A DNA stretch of 64,000 nucleotides from a virus. This document shows, piece by piece, positions 51,053 to 60,986 of the stretch. The notes below the pieces were generated by a model, which did no database searches, had not been told where the DNA came from, and saw only the letters and a list, made by a program, of their open reading frames with translations. How positions within the stretch are numbered: the first letter of the stretch is position 1; each line of letters starts with the position of its first letter. The translations under genes were made by a program, and so were the position numbers. The stretch is taken from IMG/VR virus record IMGVR_UViG_3300004094_000049; one strand, written 5' to 3'.

Positions 51053-52633
51053 ATGAAAGCCAACTTCCCTATGATTGAAGAACAAGTACAGTTACATCCT
51101 GAACTTCCCAAAAAGCTGATAACGGATATCGTATTCTCTACATTTCAAGATGCCGCGAGTAATTTGAAGCTCAACAGTGACTTGACCGATAAAGCGCGAG
51201 ACCAGTTATGGAACCTAAAATGTTCGGTCTTAATTGGACAATTGCCTGAAATGAATTATCGAAGCTACTGCGATGTCCTGCCAGTGCTATCAGGCGCTAC
51301 ATGGCGTGAATATTTGGACTTGCAGATCTATGATAAAAATAAACTTCTAATGGGTCAAAACCTGTACCTATTGATTGATAAGTTCGATGAGCGATATCAG
51401 TTCGACATTGAAGATTTGTTTTCATCTGAGCAAGAAAAACTCACTATTGAAGCGCTATATGACATTGCGAGTAAATCGATGTTCAAACCTGACTCGTTTA
51501 CCAAGCCCATTTCATTCTTCATTCAGTTTGCTGACTACCTAGCTGATATGTATGCCGATGCGTCATTGGAATTCAAATCAGAGCTTTCAAGCATTATGCA
51601 GCCATTGTTAGAGCATAAGATGTATGAGGCTTACTATTACTTGCTCAATATCGTTCATCATGGAAAGTCAAACTGTCCACCAGCTTACTTGTTTGAAGTC
51701 TATCTGAAAAACAAAACACTTCACAAATACCTGTCTCCAAAGGAACGCATGATTGTCATGCTCCGCGACTCTCTATATGAGGACTTTTTAAAGCCCGACT
51801 TCTATAGTATGCCTACTTGGCTCAGTCAGATTGAGCACGAAGTATCCGTCCCTAACAAGCCTAGCTTGTTTGAAAGACTGATGGCATTCATTAATAAGTT
51901 TTATGGGATTGAGTTCGATGAGCCATGCTACAGCGAGATGCATCGCGGCGGTACAGGAGTTTACGGCTGTGCTGGAAGTGGCACATTCTCCTTTATCGAA
52001 AAAGAGATCGAATATTCCATGACAAATGATCGCCCAATCTTGATGGTCTTCAACAAGAATGACCAATACTCTAGAGGCACGCTGATCAAGCAATGTACAG
52101 ACAACCTGGTTTCAATGGCGTTTATGGCTACTCGCAGCTCTGATTTCATGATTGAGCCACTGTATGACAGTGATGATGTTTCTATGCTTAACTCCATGGG
52201 TAAAGTGGGCATTATGGATTACGATGACTTCTCAAAGGTACTAGAAGAGGCTTATGAGACGCCAAGTATTGGTCTGCTTGAAGGGATCGACTTGTACTTT
52301 GTCGCCAATGAAACACCATTTGGCAACGCCGATACTCTTTCTTCGGCCATCCGTAAGCTTAACCTGAACGCTGTCATCCATATAGGTAATGTCTTCCAAG
52401 CTGACATAGTTACGAACAAGTTAGCGCTATTCAAGCAAGAAGACTCGCATTTATTAAAAGAAATCATCAACAACCACAAAATTGTCGATGAGTGTTATAT
52501 CGGGCAGCCAATCACAATTAAAGACTGCCATAAAATCTCACCATCTACATACTTTGAAGTCAAATCTCTCAGCATGGAAAAAGTCGTTTCTCCAAGAAAA
52601 GAGCTATGGAAAGGCTCATTAAAATATCTTTAA
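51053..52633 (+). CDS. hypothetical protein with degenerate P-loop-like C-terminal region
   Basis: GVYGCAGSGTF resembles a Walker A lacking Lys. Confidence 0.55.
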   Translation: MKANFPMIEEQVQLHPELPKKLITDIVFSTFQDAASNLKLNSDLTDKARDQLWNLKCSVLIGQLPEMNYRSYCDVLPVLSGATWREYLDLQIYDKNKLLMGQNLYLLIDKFDERYQFDIEDLFSSEQEKLTIEALYDIASKSMFKPDSFTKPISFFIQFADYLADMYADASLEFKSELSSIMQPLLEHKMYEAYYYLLNIVHHGKSNCPPAYLFEVYLKNKTLHKYLSPKERMIVMLRDSLYEDFLKPDFYSMPTWLSQIEHEVSVPNKPSLFERLMAFINKFYGIEFDEPCYSEMHRGGTGVYGCAGSGTFSFIEKEIEYSMTNDRPILMVFNKNDQYSRGTLIKQCTDNLVSMAFMATRSSDFMIEPLYDSDDVSMLNSMGKVGIMDYDDFSKVLEEAYETPSIGLLEGIDLYFVANETPFGNADTLSSAIRKLNLNAVIHIGNVFQADIVTNKLALFKQEDSHLLKEIINNHKIVDECYIGQPITIKDCHKISPSTYFEVKSLSMEKVVSPRKELWKGSLKYL

Positions 52634-52690
52634 ATGGCAGACAGGGGTAAGCATGTTATATAATGTATAATAATTCAGCAGGATAATTAT

Positions 52691-54043
52691 ATGAAATCAC
52701 TACACTGGGTTGAACCCCACTTAGTCTCCAAAATGGAGACTAAAATGAAGCGACTTTCTTCTCGCGCCGCGAAACTCGGCATGCCTAAGCCCACAATGCG
52801 ACTGACTGGAGAGGAAAGGGTCACTCGCGTTCGTTTAAAAGATGACAATTCTTTTGATGCCTCGCCAGTTCAGCACAAAATGGCAAGGTTTCAGCTTTTT
52901 GAAGAAGTTGAAGTAGAGATTAACGGCGAAGTGCCTGTTCTAAGTGGCTGGCGATTCTTAGCCAAAATAGATCATGATAGGGCTGGTGGTGCCTGGGCCA
53001 ACTTGGTTAGCTCATCCATGATTGCTTCTGATGAAGACAAAGCATACATCGAGAGCAACATTGATGAGTTATCACAAAAAGAACCCAATTGTGAACATTG
53101 CGACCACTCTAGGGCCAGAAAGAACACCTATTTGTTGATGAATGAAGAGACTTCTGAAGTGAAGCAGGTTGGCTCGACATGTATTGATGATTTCCTTGGT
53201 GATAATGCTTTGGCTCAAGCTGTGCTTTGCTACAACCTAAATACCATTGCTGAGTTCGATGCTGAAGCAAGAGAGCGCGGCTCTAGCAAGTACCTAGTAA
53301 AGAATCACCTATTCTTGGCGCTATCGAACTACTTTACAAAGATGAATGGGTTTGTTCCTTCTAAGTACGACACGTCTACTGTATCAGAGGTTCAAATTGA
53401 ACTCCGCAAGCCTCGAAGCAATGAAACATCCCAGATGATTTCTGACTACTACAATGATCAGCCAAATCGTTGGCTTGAGGAAGCTGAGAGTATCGTTGAG
53501 CACTTTAACAACAAAAGCTCTCAGGGCAATAGCTACCTAACGAACGCCAAAACGATACTCAAGCGTGGTTATATGGAACCGTTTAACCGCTTTCATGCTG
53601 GCATCATTGCCTCATTGCCGAACTCATACCACAAGGATATTGAAACCGAACGTGCGGTCTCACAAGAAAAATCAGAAGCACTCAATGAGTACTTCGGTGA
53701 AAAAAAACAGCGCGGGTATCTAAAAGTTCGAGTCACAAAAGTCTATGAGGATGTTTATTCGGAGTTCCCATCGACTTCATACACTTGTAAAGATGATTCG
53801 AATAGAACCTTTAGCGTTAAAGTGAGTTACGGCAGCTCTGTTCCCGACCTTGAAATGGGTAAGAGCTACACGTTTAAGGGAACAATTTCTAACCACTTTG
53901 AAACTAAGCATGGCATTTTAACTACTGCTATAAATAGAATTGCAGAAGTGACAGAGGTTGATGAGAGATCAGAAGCTCCTGACTTTTCCCAAAAAAAGAA
54001 AAAAGTAAAGAAAACACACGACTCTAGCGCATTAAATTACTAA
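52691..54043 (+). CDS. hypothetical protein with Cys cluster and possible C-terminal OB fold
   Basis: CEHCDHSRARK...KQVGSTC. Confidence 0.65.
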   Translation: MKSLHWVEPHLVSKMETKMKRLSSRAAKLGMPKPTMRLTGEERVTRVRLKDDNSFDASPVQHKMARFQLFEEVEVEINGEVPVLSGWRFLAKIDHDRAGGAWANLVSSSMIASDEDKAYIESNIDELSQKEPNCEHCDHSRARKNTYLLMNEETSEVKQVGSTCIDDFLGDNALAQAVLCYNLNTIAEFDAEARERGSSKYLVKNHLFLALSNYFTKMNGFVPSKYDTSTVSEVQIELRKPRSNETSQMISDYYNDQPNRWLEEAESIVEHFNNKSSQGNSYLTNAKTILKRGYMEPFNRFHAGIIASLPNSYHKDIETERAVSQEKSEALNEYFGEKKQRGYLKVRVTKVYEDVYSEFPSTSYTCKDDSNRTFSVKVSYGSSVPDLEMGKSYTFKGTISNHFETKHGILTTAINRIAEVTEVDERSEAPDFSQKKKKVKKTHDSSALNY

Positions 54044-54118
54044 AAAAGCATATTGCATTTAGAAATTATTGCATTTAAGATAATCCCGAAATATTCAATA
54101 ATATATGGAATAATAAAA

Positions 54119-54766
54119 ATGAAAAAGACACTACTAGCAGTAGTAGCTGCTACTGTATTTGCTTCTGCACCATCTATGGCTCGTGATAGCTTTAGCGTAG
54201 AAGATGATTTTGACTACAACAGTGTTGCAGTTAAAGTGGGTACGATTGATGCTGATGTTGACGGCTCTCTTCTAGGGCTTGAATTTAGCAAATCTGTTGC
54301 TGAAAACTTCTATTTCTCTGCCGAAATTGAAGAAATTGAACTAGATGCTCGCGAAGATGCATTCAACACCTATGGTGTTATGTTCGGTACTAAATTCAAT
54401 CCACACGGTACTAAGCTTAGTCTTTTCGGTGAACTGGGCTTTGAAAGCCAAGACTTTGGCTCTGTAGAGATCCCTGGCGACCTAACTCTAACTCACGACG
54501 GCCTTGGTCTACGCGCTGGCGCGGGTGTAAAATACATTGCCACTCCTGAAGTCTTGCTAAGCGCTGAAGCTGATTACGTAACTGGCGACGACATCCGCGA
54601 TAGCTACACGCTAAGTGCTGGTGTTGACTATGCTTTTGCATACGACATGTCTGTGGGCCTAAACATTTCTCACACTGACTACACTATCGAATACCATACA
54701 ATCGAAGATAAGGTATTTGAAGCTGCTGGTACGACTATTTCTCTAGTTGGCAAATACACGTTCTAA
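54119..54766 (+). CDS. outer-membrane beta-barrel protein 1
   Basis: Signal peptide, alternating beta strands, C-terminal ...GKYTF beta-signal. Confidence 0.8.
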   Translation: MKKTLLAVVAATVFASAPSMARDSFSVEDDFDYNSVAVKVGTIDADVDGSLLGLEFSKSVAENFYFSAEIEEIELDAREDAFNTYGVMFGTKFNPHGTKLSLFGELGFESQDFGSVEIPGDLTLTHDGLGLRAGAGVKYIATPEVLLSAEADYVTGDDIRDSYTLSAGVDYAFAYDMSVGLNISHTDYTIEYHTIEDKVFEAAGTTISLVGKYTF

Positions 54767-54839
54767 ATTGCCAATTTTCTCCAAGCACCGTCTATCAGGC
54801 GGTGCTTTATTTTATAATAAAAATAATAAAAACACTCCT

Positions 54840-55451
54840 ATGAAAAAACACATTTTAGCATTTACAACTGCTGCCCTATTGGCTTCTGCCCCCTCTCTTG
54901 CAAAAATCAACGTTGGCCCAGAAAGTGACTTCGATTACAGTAGTATTACACTTGGAATTGGTCAGTACGAAGTTGAAGGGTATGACTTCGCTAACTCCAT
55001 TTCAATTTCTGCCAGTCAGGCTGTCAGTGAACACTTTTACATTAAAGGTTCATATGAATCAATTCAACCCGACTACACATGGATAGATTCTGATTCAAAT
55101 TATTCAATTTTAGGCGGATATAAGCATAATTTTGATGATACCAATTTCAGTCTATACACATCTGTAGGCTTAGGTTTCGGTAGCTATACTATAGATGATG
55201 ACCTCGTATTCCTTAGTGACATAGGCTTCAAGTATGCTATTACATATGATCTAATGGTTGGTTCATCTATGAACTTTATCTTATCTGAGGAATCACATGA
55301 ATATATCTTCGATGTAAGTGCAGACTACTTTTTTACAAACTCATTCTCTTTAGGTCTTGAGTATAAGATGAGTGATGAGATTAGTAGTAGTGAAGATATT
55401 GCTATTTTTTCTAGCAGTTACTTAGGACTGAATGCCAAGATTAAATTCTAG
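54840..55451 (+). CDS. outer-membrane beta-barrel protein 2
   Basis: Signal peptide, DFDYSS start like the paralog (DFDYNS), C-terminal ...KIKF. Confidence 0.78.
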   Translation: MKKHILAFTTAALLASAPSLAKINVGPESDFDYSSITLGIGQYEVEGYDFANSISISASQAVSEHFYIKGSYESIQPDYTWIDSDSNYSILGGYKHNFDDTNFSLYTSVGLGFGSYTIDDDLVFLSDIGFKYAITYDLMVGSSMNFILSEESHEYIFDVSADYFFTNSFSLGLEYKMSDEISSSEDIAIFSSSYLGLNAKIKF

Positions 55452-55567
55452 GCAAACACTAGATCCAAGCCGATTTCATTAAGGCCGCCCTGCGCGGCCT
55501 TGTTTATTCATTCGTTTATCACTTTACTTTTCACCTGTAAGTAACGAAAATCTACTCGTTATATGAT

Positions 55568-55909
55568 TTGGTGACTAAAATGAACAACTTCCTAGATATT
55601 GACGTACCGACCTGGGCAATTAACATTCTCATCCAAAAAGGTCTTGGATTTGAAGATAAGATTGTGCATGCCGTCATTTGGGATTACTTCTCTGTTAATT
55701 TCTCTCAGTCCGAGCTAGACACTAGTTACAAGACACAGTATTTCAACCATTACATAGACACTATGAGTAAAAATGGTGATATAGAGAAGGCCATCAATTT
55801 TGCCAAAGAGCAAAGAAGTCAGGTTCGAGAGCGCCCAAGCAACCAGCTCAAGCAAGTCAAGCAATCGGCACTGAGCGAGTTTGAAGACAAATATAAAGAT
55901 TACCTTTAG
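55568..55909 (+). CDS. hypothetical protein
   Basis: 113-aa ORF followed by a terminator. Confidence 0.55.
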   Translation: MVTKMNNFLDIDVPTWAINILIQKGLGFEDKIVHAVIWDYFSVNFSQSELDTSYKTQYFNHYIDTMSKNGDIEKAINFAKEQRSQVRERPSNQLKQVKQSALSEFEDKYKDYL

Positions 55910-55919
55910 CTGAACGCAA

Positions 55920-55943
55920 AAAGGGAGCCAGAAGGCTCCCTTT
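55920..55943. terminator. bidirectional terminator
   Basis: AAAGGGAGCC-AGAA-GGCTCCCTTT. Confidence 0.7.
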
Positions 55944-55960
55944 GCGGTTTTTAAGGCTGG

Positions 55961-57550
55961 TTATGAGTCCACGCTCGAAGTCTCTACAAATAGAGGCCCA
56001 GCAGGCATTGCCGATACAAAGGTCATATTCGATTCGTAAAAATCATATGGCTCATCGATTTCATCGCCAAGAGCCTCAATGATCTTCTCTTCGTTGTAAG
56101 CCGCCATTCGTACTTTGTGCTTTGAGAACAATCGTCCCATATATGCATTATCAAAGTTCGGATAGACGATTGCAGCTTCATCTAAATCGGCCTTAGATTC
56201 GTTACCAAGCTGAACAAAGACATTATTGCTGTCAGTATCAACAAGGTATCCAAGAATCTCATCTTCAGTCATATGTGATGCATCGTATACGAGTGCAACT
56301 TCCTGATCGGTACTGTCAGCAGTTGTTGGTAAATAAGTAAAGCCAATACAATCGCCACTAAAGTCCACTTCAACGGGAGCCGTTACATCACGAAAACCTA
56401 AGAACTCTAGAAACTTGTCTTCACTTCGCACTTTCGGAGCTTGGCCCAGTGTAGACTCTTGCGCTACAACGTGGTTTGCTTGCGCTTCTTTGTTTCGCTC
56501 TTTAGGTGTTAAGCTTGCGTTATCTTTTTGAACTAGGTTAGGAAGTTCATTGATAATAAGATCTCGCATACGACGAATGTTAGCTTTTCCATGCTCTTCG
56601 ACTAGGTCGTTGTAAAACTGATCTGGTACAAAGACTTTATGGCCCTTCTTCATAATGCGGGGAAGCATTGGCGACTTAGCATCTCGTTTATTGACAACAA
56701 TGTGCCAGTATTCGCGGTTCTCTTCTGATTTGTGATTCTCACAAAGGTATGCATCCCATACGTTCCTGAAGTTATGGGTAACACTGATCCCAACGGTGAC
56801 ATTGTCACGTTTTGCCCAATATTCAATAGGTAAGAGTCGAGGAAATGAGTCTGGTACTCTTGCTAATGCGACATTCTTCATTTTTAAAGTATATGCCATT
56901 GCTTCAGACAAAGAGCTGCCACTTCTAAGTTTTCTTTTTTGACCAATACGGCGCTCACACTCTTGAATATAGCCTGTAAAGATCACCAACTGGTCTTCTT
57001 TCGTAATCCAATCAATATTGCTCAGAGTGTTCATTAGTGTGGCTGCGCTTGCAAGCACGCTTTGGCGTTCTTGTTCAAGGGCCTCTTCCATATCTCGCTG
57101 CTCAAGGTTATTGAGCGCTAAGAAAAGAGCGCCATTTAAGTTACCTGTCTTAGCATGAAGCAGGTCAACAATTCGCTTGAAATTGCCTGTCATTTTCACT
57201 GGTGCTTCAAGTACAGCTTTATTCATCTCAGGCATGATCGTTGTCAGCGTGAAAGCAAGGTAACGAATGTCCGCTTCCGACTGAATGTTCGACAGCACTT
57301 CACGAGACAATGCCTCATATTTATGGACGCCGCGCTGGCCTCTTTTCAAAGATACAATTTGCTCATGAACTTTGTTTTTAGCAATGCCAAGAGTGATTTC
57401 GCCTGCCTGCGCCTGAGCAAAGATTCCTGCAAATTGCTGACCAATTTCTTCAGATTTTGCACGATGACCAATCGCACCATATTCGTTATTTACAAATAAT
57501 CGAGAGAACAAGTACACCTTGTTTGAATTGATGATTTTATTTTTTTGCAT
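55961..57550 (-). CDS. protein with an apparently degenerate EcoRII-C/SsoII-type restriction endonuclease fold
   Basis: GQKRKLRSGSSLS resembles SRxSRAGxSLE; ISVTHNFRNVW resembles LSxKTTLRERW. Confidence 0.45.
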   Translation of the reverse strand: MQKNKIINSNKVYLFSRLFVNNEYGAIGHRAKSEEIGQQFAGIFAQAQAGEITLGIAKNKVHEQIVSLKRGQRGVHKYEALSREVLSNIQSEADIRYLAFTLTTIMPEMNKAVLEAPVKMTGNFKRIVDLLHAKTGNLNGALFLALNNLEQRDMEEALEQERQSVLASAATLMNTLSNIDWITKEDQLVIFTGYIQECERRIGQKRKLRSGSSLSEAMAYTLKMKNVALARVPDSFPRLLPIEYWAKRDNVTVGISVTHNFRNVWDAYLCENHKSEENREYWHIVVNKRDAKSPMLPRIMKKGHKVFVPDQFYNDLVEEHGKANIRRMRDLIINELPNLVQKDNASLTPKERNKEAQANHVVAQESTLGQAPKVRSEDKFLEFLGFRDVTAPVEVDFSGDCIGFTYLPTTADSTDQEVALVYDASHMTEDEILGYLVDTDSNNVFVQLGNESKADLDEAAIVYPNFDNAYMGRLFSKHKVRMAAYNEEKIIEALGDEIDEPYDFYESNMTFVSAMPAGPLFVETSSVDS

Positions 57551-57637
57551 TTATTAATCTTCTTATTGACTGCGTTTCAGATTTGTTATTATACTTTAAA
57601 AAAGAACAAAAACAATAAAAATCCGAGAACAATAATA

Positions 57638-58312
57638 ATGAGTAAAACTTACACAATCGAGATCTCTTCTGAGAAAATGTCACAGTGGTTCAAAAGCATC
57701 TGTGTTGGTGGCGTGTTTGTCTTGGCCCCCGCCGCTTGTATCTTAGTCTTGTTTACATGGTTATTTGACCTCTTTAATGGCTTAATCAGTCCATTAACTT
57801 CCGTATTTGAAAATGCTCTGGGCTTTGGGCCAATTTTTAGTGATGCTGTCGCTGTTCTGCTGATCTTCTTTACCTGTTTCGCTACAGGTGTATTCGTTAG
57901 AACGAAACTTGGTAAGTACATGTACAGCTCCATTGATAAGGGCTTCATCAAAGTCGCGCCTGGCTATAAGATGATTAAAGGTATATTCAAGCAAATGCTT
58001 TCGGACGAAGGTGAAAACCCTCTTAAGAATGGTAAGCCTTGTCTAATTAGGCCATACGGAGCTGATGTTGATACTGAACTTACTGGCTTTATGATTAGTC
58101 ATAATGAAAATCATAATAAATACAGTGTGTTCTGCCCTTCTGCGCCAAACCCTACCAGTGGTTATGTATACCACGTTCCTGCTGCGCAAGTATTTATTGC
58201 ACAAGACATGACATCGGAAGATGCTTTGCGTACAATAATCGGCTGCGGCATGGGTTCGAACGAGCTTGTTGATGATGCATTACGTTCTGTTTTGAAGAAT
58301 CCAGAAGCATAA
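57638..58312 (+). CDS. DUF502-family membrane protein
   Basis: Two TM segments, APGYKMIK, VFCPSAPNPTSGY. Confidence 0.8.
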   Translation: MSKTYTIEISSEKMSQWFKSICVGGVFVLAPAACILVLFTWLFDLFNGLISPLTSVFENALGFGPIFSDAVAVLLIFFTCFATGVFVRTKLGKYMYSSIDKGFIKVAPGYKMIKGIFKQMLSDEGENPLKNGKPCLIRPYGADVDTELTGFMISHNENHNKYSVFCPSAPNPTSGYVYHVPAAQVFIAQDMTSEDALRTIIGCGMGSNELVDDALRSVLKNPEA

Positions 58313-58399
58313 CAACACACTCACTCAACTAAGAGATCAGTTTACTGGTCTCTTTTGTTTTTTCTGATATAATATCTCTCCAATCAGAAGGTTTTTTTA

Positions 58400-59161
58400 A
58401 TGAATGACAGTGTAATTGTTTTAACATTCTGTGTACTAGCTGGGTTGCTCATATTGGTTGGAGCGATAAGCTTTTACTCTAGAATGCAAACTAAAAAGCT
58501 CGAAAAGCTTAAACGCATACAGGTTCTAAATGCGTCAATTATAGAGCTTGAGGATCATCTCCACAGCACTGTTACACTCAATCTTGGTGCTTATCTTGAG
58601 ATCGCTATTAAATCAAAGATGATACGTACTCTTGTTGAATTGAATCATCTTAAAGAATCAAGGGAACTATCTGGTCGCATTAAAGTTATGCGTCGTGATG
58701 TTAATCGTCTGAAGAGTAATGAGGCGCTATCAAGTGCGAAAGTGACTGTCAAATGCCCTGTTAGTAAGTATACTCAAGTGCTACGCCTCATTAAGCAGAT
58801 GCAAGCTTTGCTTAAAAGAGAGTTAACTTATGGCGCTTTAGGACAGGATGAATATAGTGCTGGCGTTAAATACCTGAATGACTATCGCGTGATTATCTTT
58901 ATGAATCACTACAAGACGCACATTTCAAATGCACTTAGCGAGAAGGACTTACCTAAAGCTCGGTCTGTCATCGGTCGATGCATTAACACTCTAAAACAAT
59001 TCCCTGGTGGTGCTGCTACTAAATACATACAAAACTTAAAAAAAACAAAAGCATCTATCGACTCTAAACTTAAAGCTGAATCGGATAAGGCGCAAAAAGA
59101 GAAGCAGGATAAAGAGGCTGAGCTAAACCAGATTTTCGATCCACGCCCAAAGAAGTGGTAA
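58400..59161 (+). CDS. membrane-anchored helical protein
   Basis: N-terminal TM, coiled coil, C-term IFDPRPKKW. Confidence 0.65.
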   Translation: MNDSVIVLTFCVLAGLLILVGAISFYSRMQTKKLEKLKRIQVLNASIIELEDHLHSTVTLNLGAYLEIAIKSKMIRTLVELNHLKESRELSGRIKVMRRDVNRLKSNEALSSAKVTVKCPVSKYTQVLRLIKQMQALLKRELTYGALGQDEYSAGVKYLNDYRVIIFMNHYKTHISNALSEKDLPKARSVIGRCINTLKQFPGGAATKYIQNLKKTKASIDSKLKAESDKAQKEKQDKEAELNQIFDPRPKKW

Positions 59162-59165
59162 AGAA

Positions 59166-59194
59166 TTGCATCAATATTATAATTAATATATAAT
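59166..59194 (+). promoter_or_regulatory. near-consensus sigma70 promoter
   Basis: TTGCAT-17 bp-TATAAT. Confidence 0.7.
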
Positions 59195-59220
59195 ATTGAG
59201 AAAATTTAGGACTCACTCAT

Positions 59221-59301
59221 ATGTCTGATCAAAATGAGCTAGCACTACCTGAGCTAGATTTACCAATAGATGAAGATATTATTGAAAATATGATTGATTA
59301 A
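59221..59301 (+). CDS. 26-aa acidic small protein (not in the supplied ORF track)
   Basis: MSDQNELALPELDLPIDEDIIENMID*, AGGA 8-9 nt upstream, promoter immediately upstream. Confidence 0.55.
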   Translation: MSDQNELALPELDLPIDEDIIENMID

Positions 59302-59325
59302 TCCTATTTCGTAACAATAATAATA

Positions 59326-59871
59326 ATGTCTAATTCTCACTTAATCGATTTGCTTGTTGATTTCTCTTCACACGAGCATTTTTTTACACATGATTGCCAT
59401 CAATATTGCTTTAGAACCCTCTCTTTAAATGAGCTTCGTGCTTACGAGGGTGAACCTCTCAATCTTTCGAGCGACCCAATACCATCCATCTATCACTCAG
59501 ATCTGACATGGACACCATCTTTTGGTTTAATTGATGAGAATGAAACAGTTATAGGCTTATTACAGCTAAAGCTTGAATCGGTATCAATACATGAAGGGTC
59601 TGAATCTTGTTTAACACTAGAGCTGATTCATTTATATGAAAATTTGCGAGGTTTTGGGATTGCTTCTGCTTGGGTGGAAGCCTTCTCTGAAAGTTTCCTA
59701 GAGGCTATTGAAAGTTGGTTAGTCGATGATATTCATCATGAGAGCGCAATGACCTTTTACGCCAAGTATATTAGCTCAGAGGGCCGCTACATGGGAAACA
59801 AGCTATTCGATTGCTTAGATACATTCCTGTCTCAGAAAACCATCTGGGCGGCCCACGACCAAAGCAATTAA
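59326..59871 (+). CDS. possible GNAT-fold protein
   Basis: LELIHLYENLRGFGIASAW resembles acetyl-CoA-binding motif A. Confidence 0.45.
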   Translation: MSNSHLIDLLVDFSSHEHFFTHDCHQYCFRTLSLNELRAYEGEPLNLSSDPIPSIYHSDLTWTPSFGLIDENETVIGLLQLKLESVSIHEGSESCLTLELIHLYENLRGFGIASAWVEAFSESFLEAIESWLVDDIHHESAMTFYAKYISSEGRYMGNKLFDCLDTFLSQKTIWAAHDQSN

Positions 59872-59895
59872 AAAAGGATCCAATGGATCCTTTTT
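59871..59895. terminator. bidirectional terminator
   Basis: AAAAAGGATCC-AAT-GGATCCTTTTT. Confidence 0.8.
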
Positions 59896-59911
59896 TTGAT
59901 GATAACTTTGT

Positions 59912-60256
59912 CTAAATGCGGCGGCGATGACAAATTTCATAATGGTTTTTTGCGCCATTCTTAAACATTAGTTCACGACGCTCATACCTCAAGTCACCAT
60001 CATTTTTAATTACTTTATCGGTATTGCAACCACCTTGTTCGGCCCCTTCTTGTGAGCAAATTACTTCACCATCCCAAACATACTCGTGAGTCATGACACC
60101 GTCTTTAAACTCCCAGCCTGCATAATGGTTTTCATCAAACTTACACTGATACTCATGAACCAATGGATCATAGCCCTCTGGGTATTCCTCAGTTGGCAAG
60201 TTTGCGAGTGAAGGCCCTGATAAGAGTGCCCCGACAAAAAGAAGCAATTTTTTCAT
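59912..60256 (-). CDS. small secreted protein
   Basis: Signal peptide MKKLLLFVGALLSGPSLA; four Cys. Confidence 0.6.
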   Translation of the reverse strand: MKKLLLFVGALLSGPSLANLPTEEYPEGYDPLVHEYQCKFDENHYAGWEFKDGVMTHEYVWDGEVICSQEGAEQGGCNTDKVIKNDGDLRYERRELMFKNGAKNHYEICHRRRI

Positions 60257-60267
60257 TATTATTCCAT

Positions 60268-60984
60268 TTAATTCAATCCGCATACCCTGTTAAGAACTTT
60301 TCGTTGTTCTTCAAGTTCATGCTTGTTGTATTTTAAACCATATTTGTGCGCAATATCGATGAATGTCATAGAGTATTCGCACTGATAACCTTTGCTTGGT
60401 GGAAGCCACTTAGTAAAGTCGTCCGCACCTTTTGACGTGTTAAGTGATGCACTTACAATCCTAAGGTTTTCATAGTCATTTGCAAATTGAGTACGTTTTT
60501 CCAATGACCACTCATCTGCACCGTGTTGGAAGGCATGGTAAAGAGGAACAATATGGTCAATGTGTACATCTGAAGCTTCATCAAACACTTTACCAGAGTA
60601 TGGGTCTAGCCAAGCTCCTGTATCAACCGTACACCCCTTTCTAGAGCGAAAGTCCACCTTCTCTACTGATTGTGTAATTAAAAGCGTCTGGCGTGTATTC
60701 TGGCAATCTCCATCGGTATCAAGCCAATGGGGAAACAGATCTCTATCGTACTCTTTTGTAGATTGCGTCGATTCAGGGCCAGAGTAAGATTTCGGTAGTC
60801 GGCCACCAGCATCTAAACACGAATCCATTGTTGCGTGAGCTTCAAAGGTTTTAGTTCTTGTGTAAAATGAGCTTGTAGAGTCATGGCAGATCCCACTATT
60901 GCTCAATTTTATTACTTCTGCGTTTGCAGTGGGTGCAACAAAAGCACCCACAACAACTGCAAGTCCTAGCAGATGTTTTATCAT
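60268..60984 (-). CDS. secreted HNH/DUF1524-type endonuclease
   Basis: Signal peptide; WLDPYSG, HIDHIVPL, FANDYENL, NTSKG. Confidence 0.8.
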   Translation of the reverse strand: MIKHLLGLAVVVGAFVAPTANAEVIKLSNSGICHDSTSSFYTRTKTFEAHATMDSCLDAGGRLPKSYSGPESTQSTKEYDRDLFPHWLDTDGDCQNTRQTLLITQSVEKVDFRSRKGCTVDTGAWLDPYSGKVFDEASDVHIDHIVPLYHAFQHGADEWSLEKRTQFANDYENLRIVSASLNTSKGADDFTKWLPPSKGYQCEYSMTFIDIAHKYGLKYNKHELEEQRKVLNRVCGLN

Positions 60985-60986
60985 AA

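Noticed and set aside
1351-57994. Many short antisense or out-of-frame ORFs in the track (e.g. 1351-1569, 3339-3677, 9500-9754, 15491-16318, 19955-20439, 33360-34347, 43846-45007, 57155-57994)
   Set aside because: They lie inside longer motif-bearing genes and lack RBS/promoter context; treated as shadow ORFs
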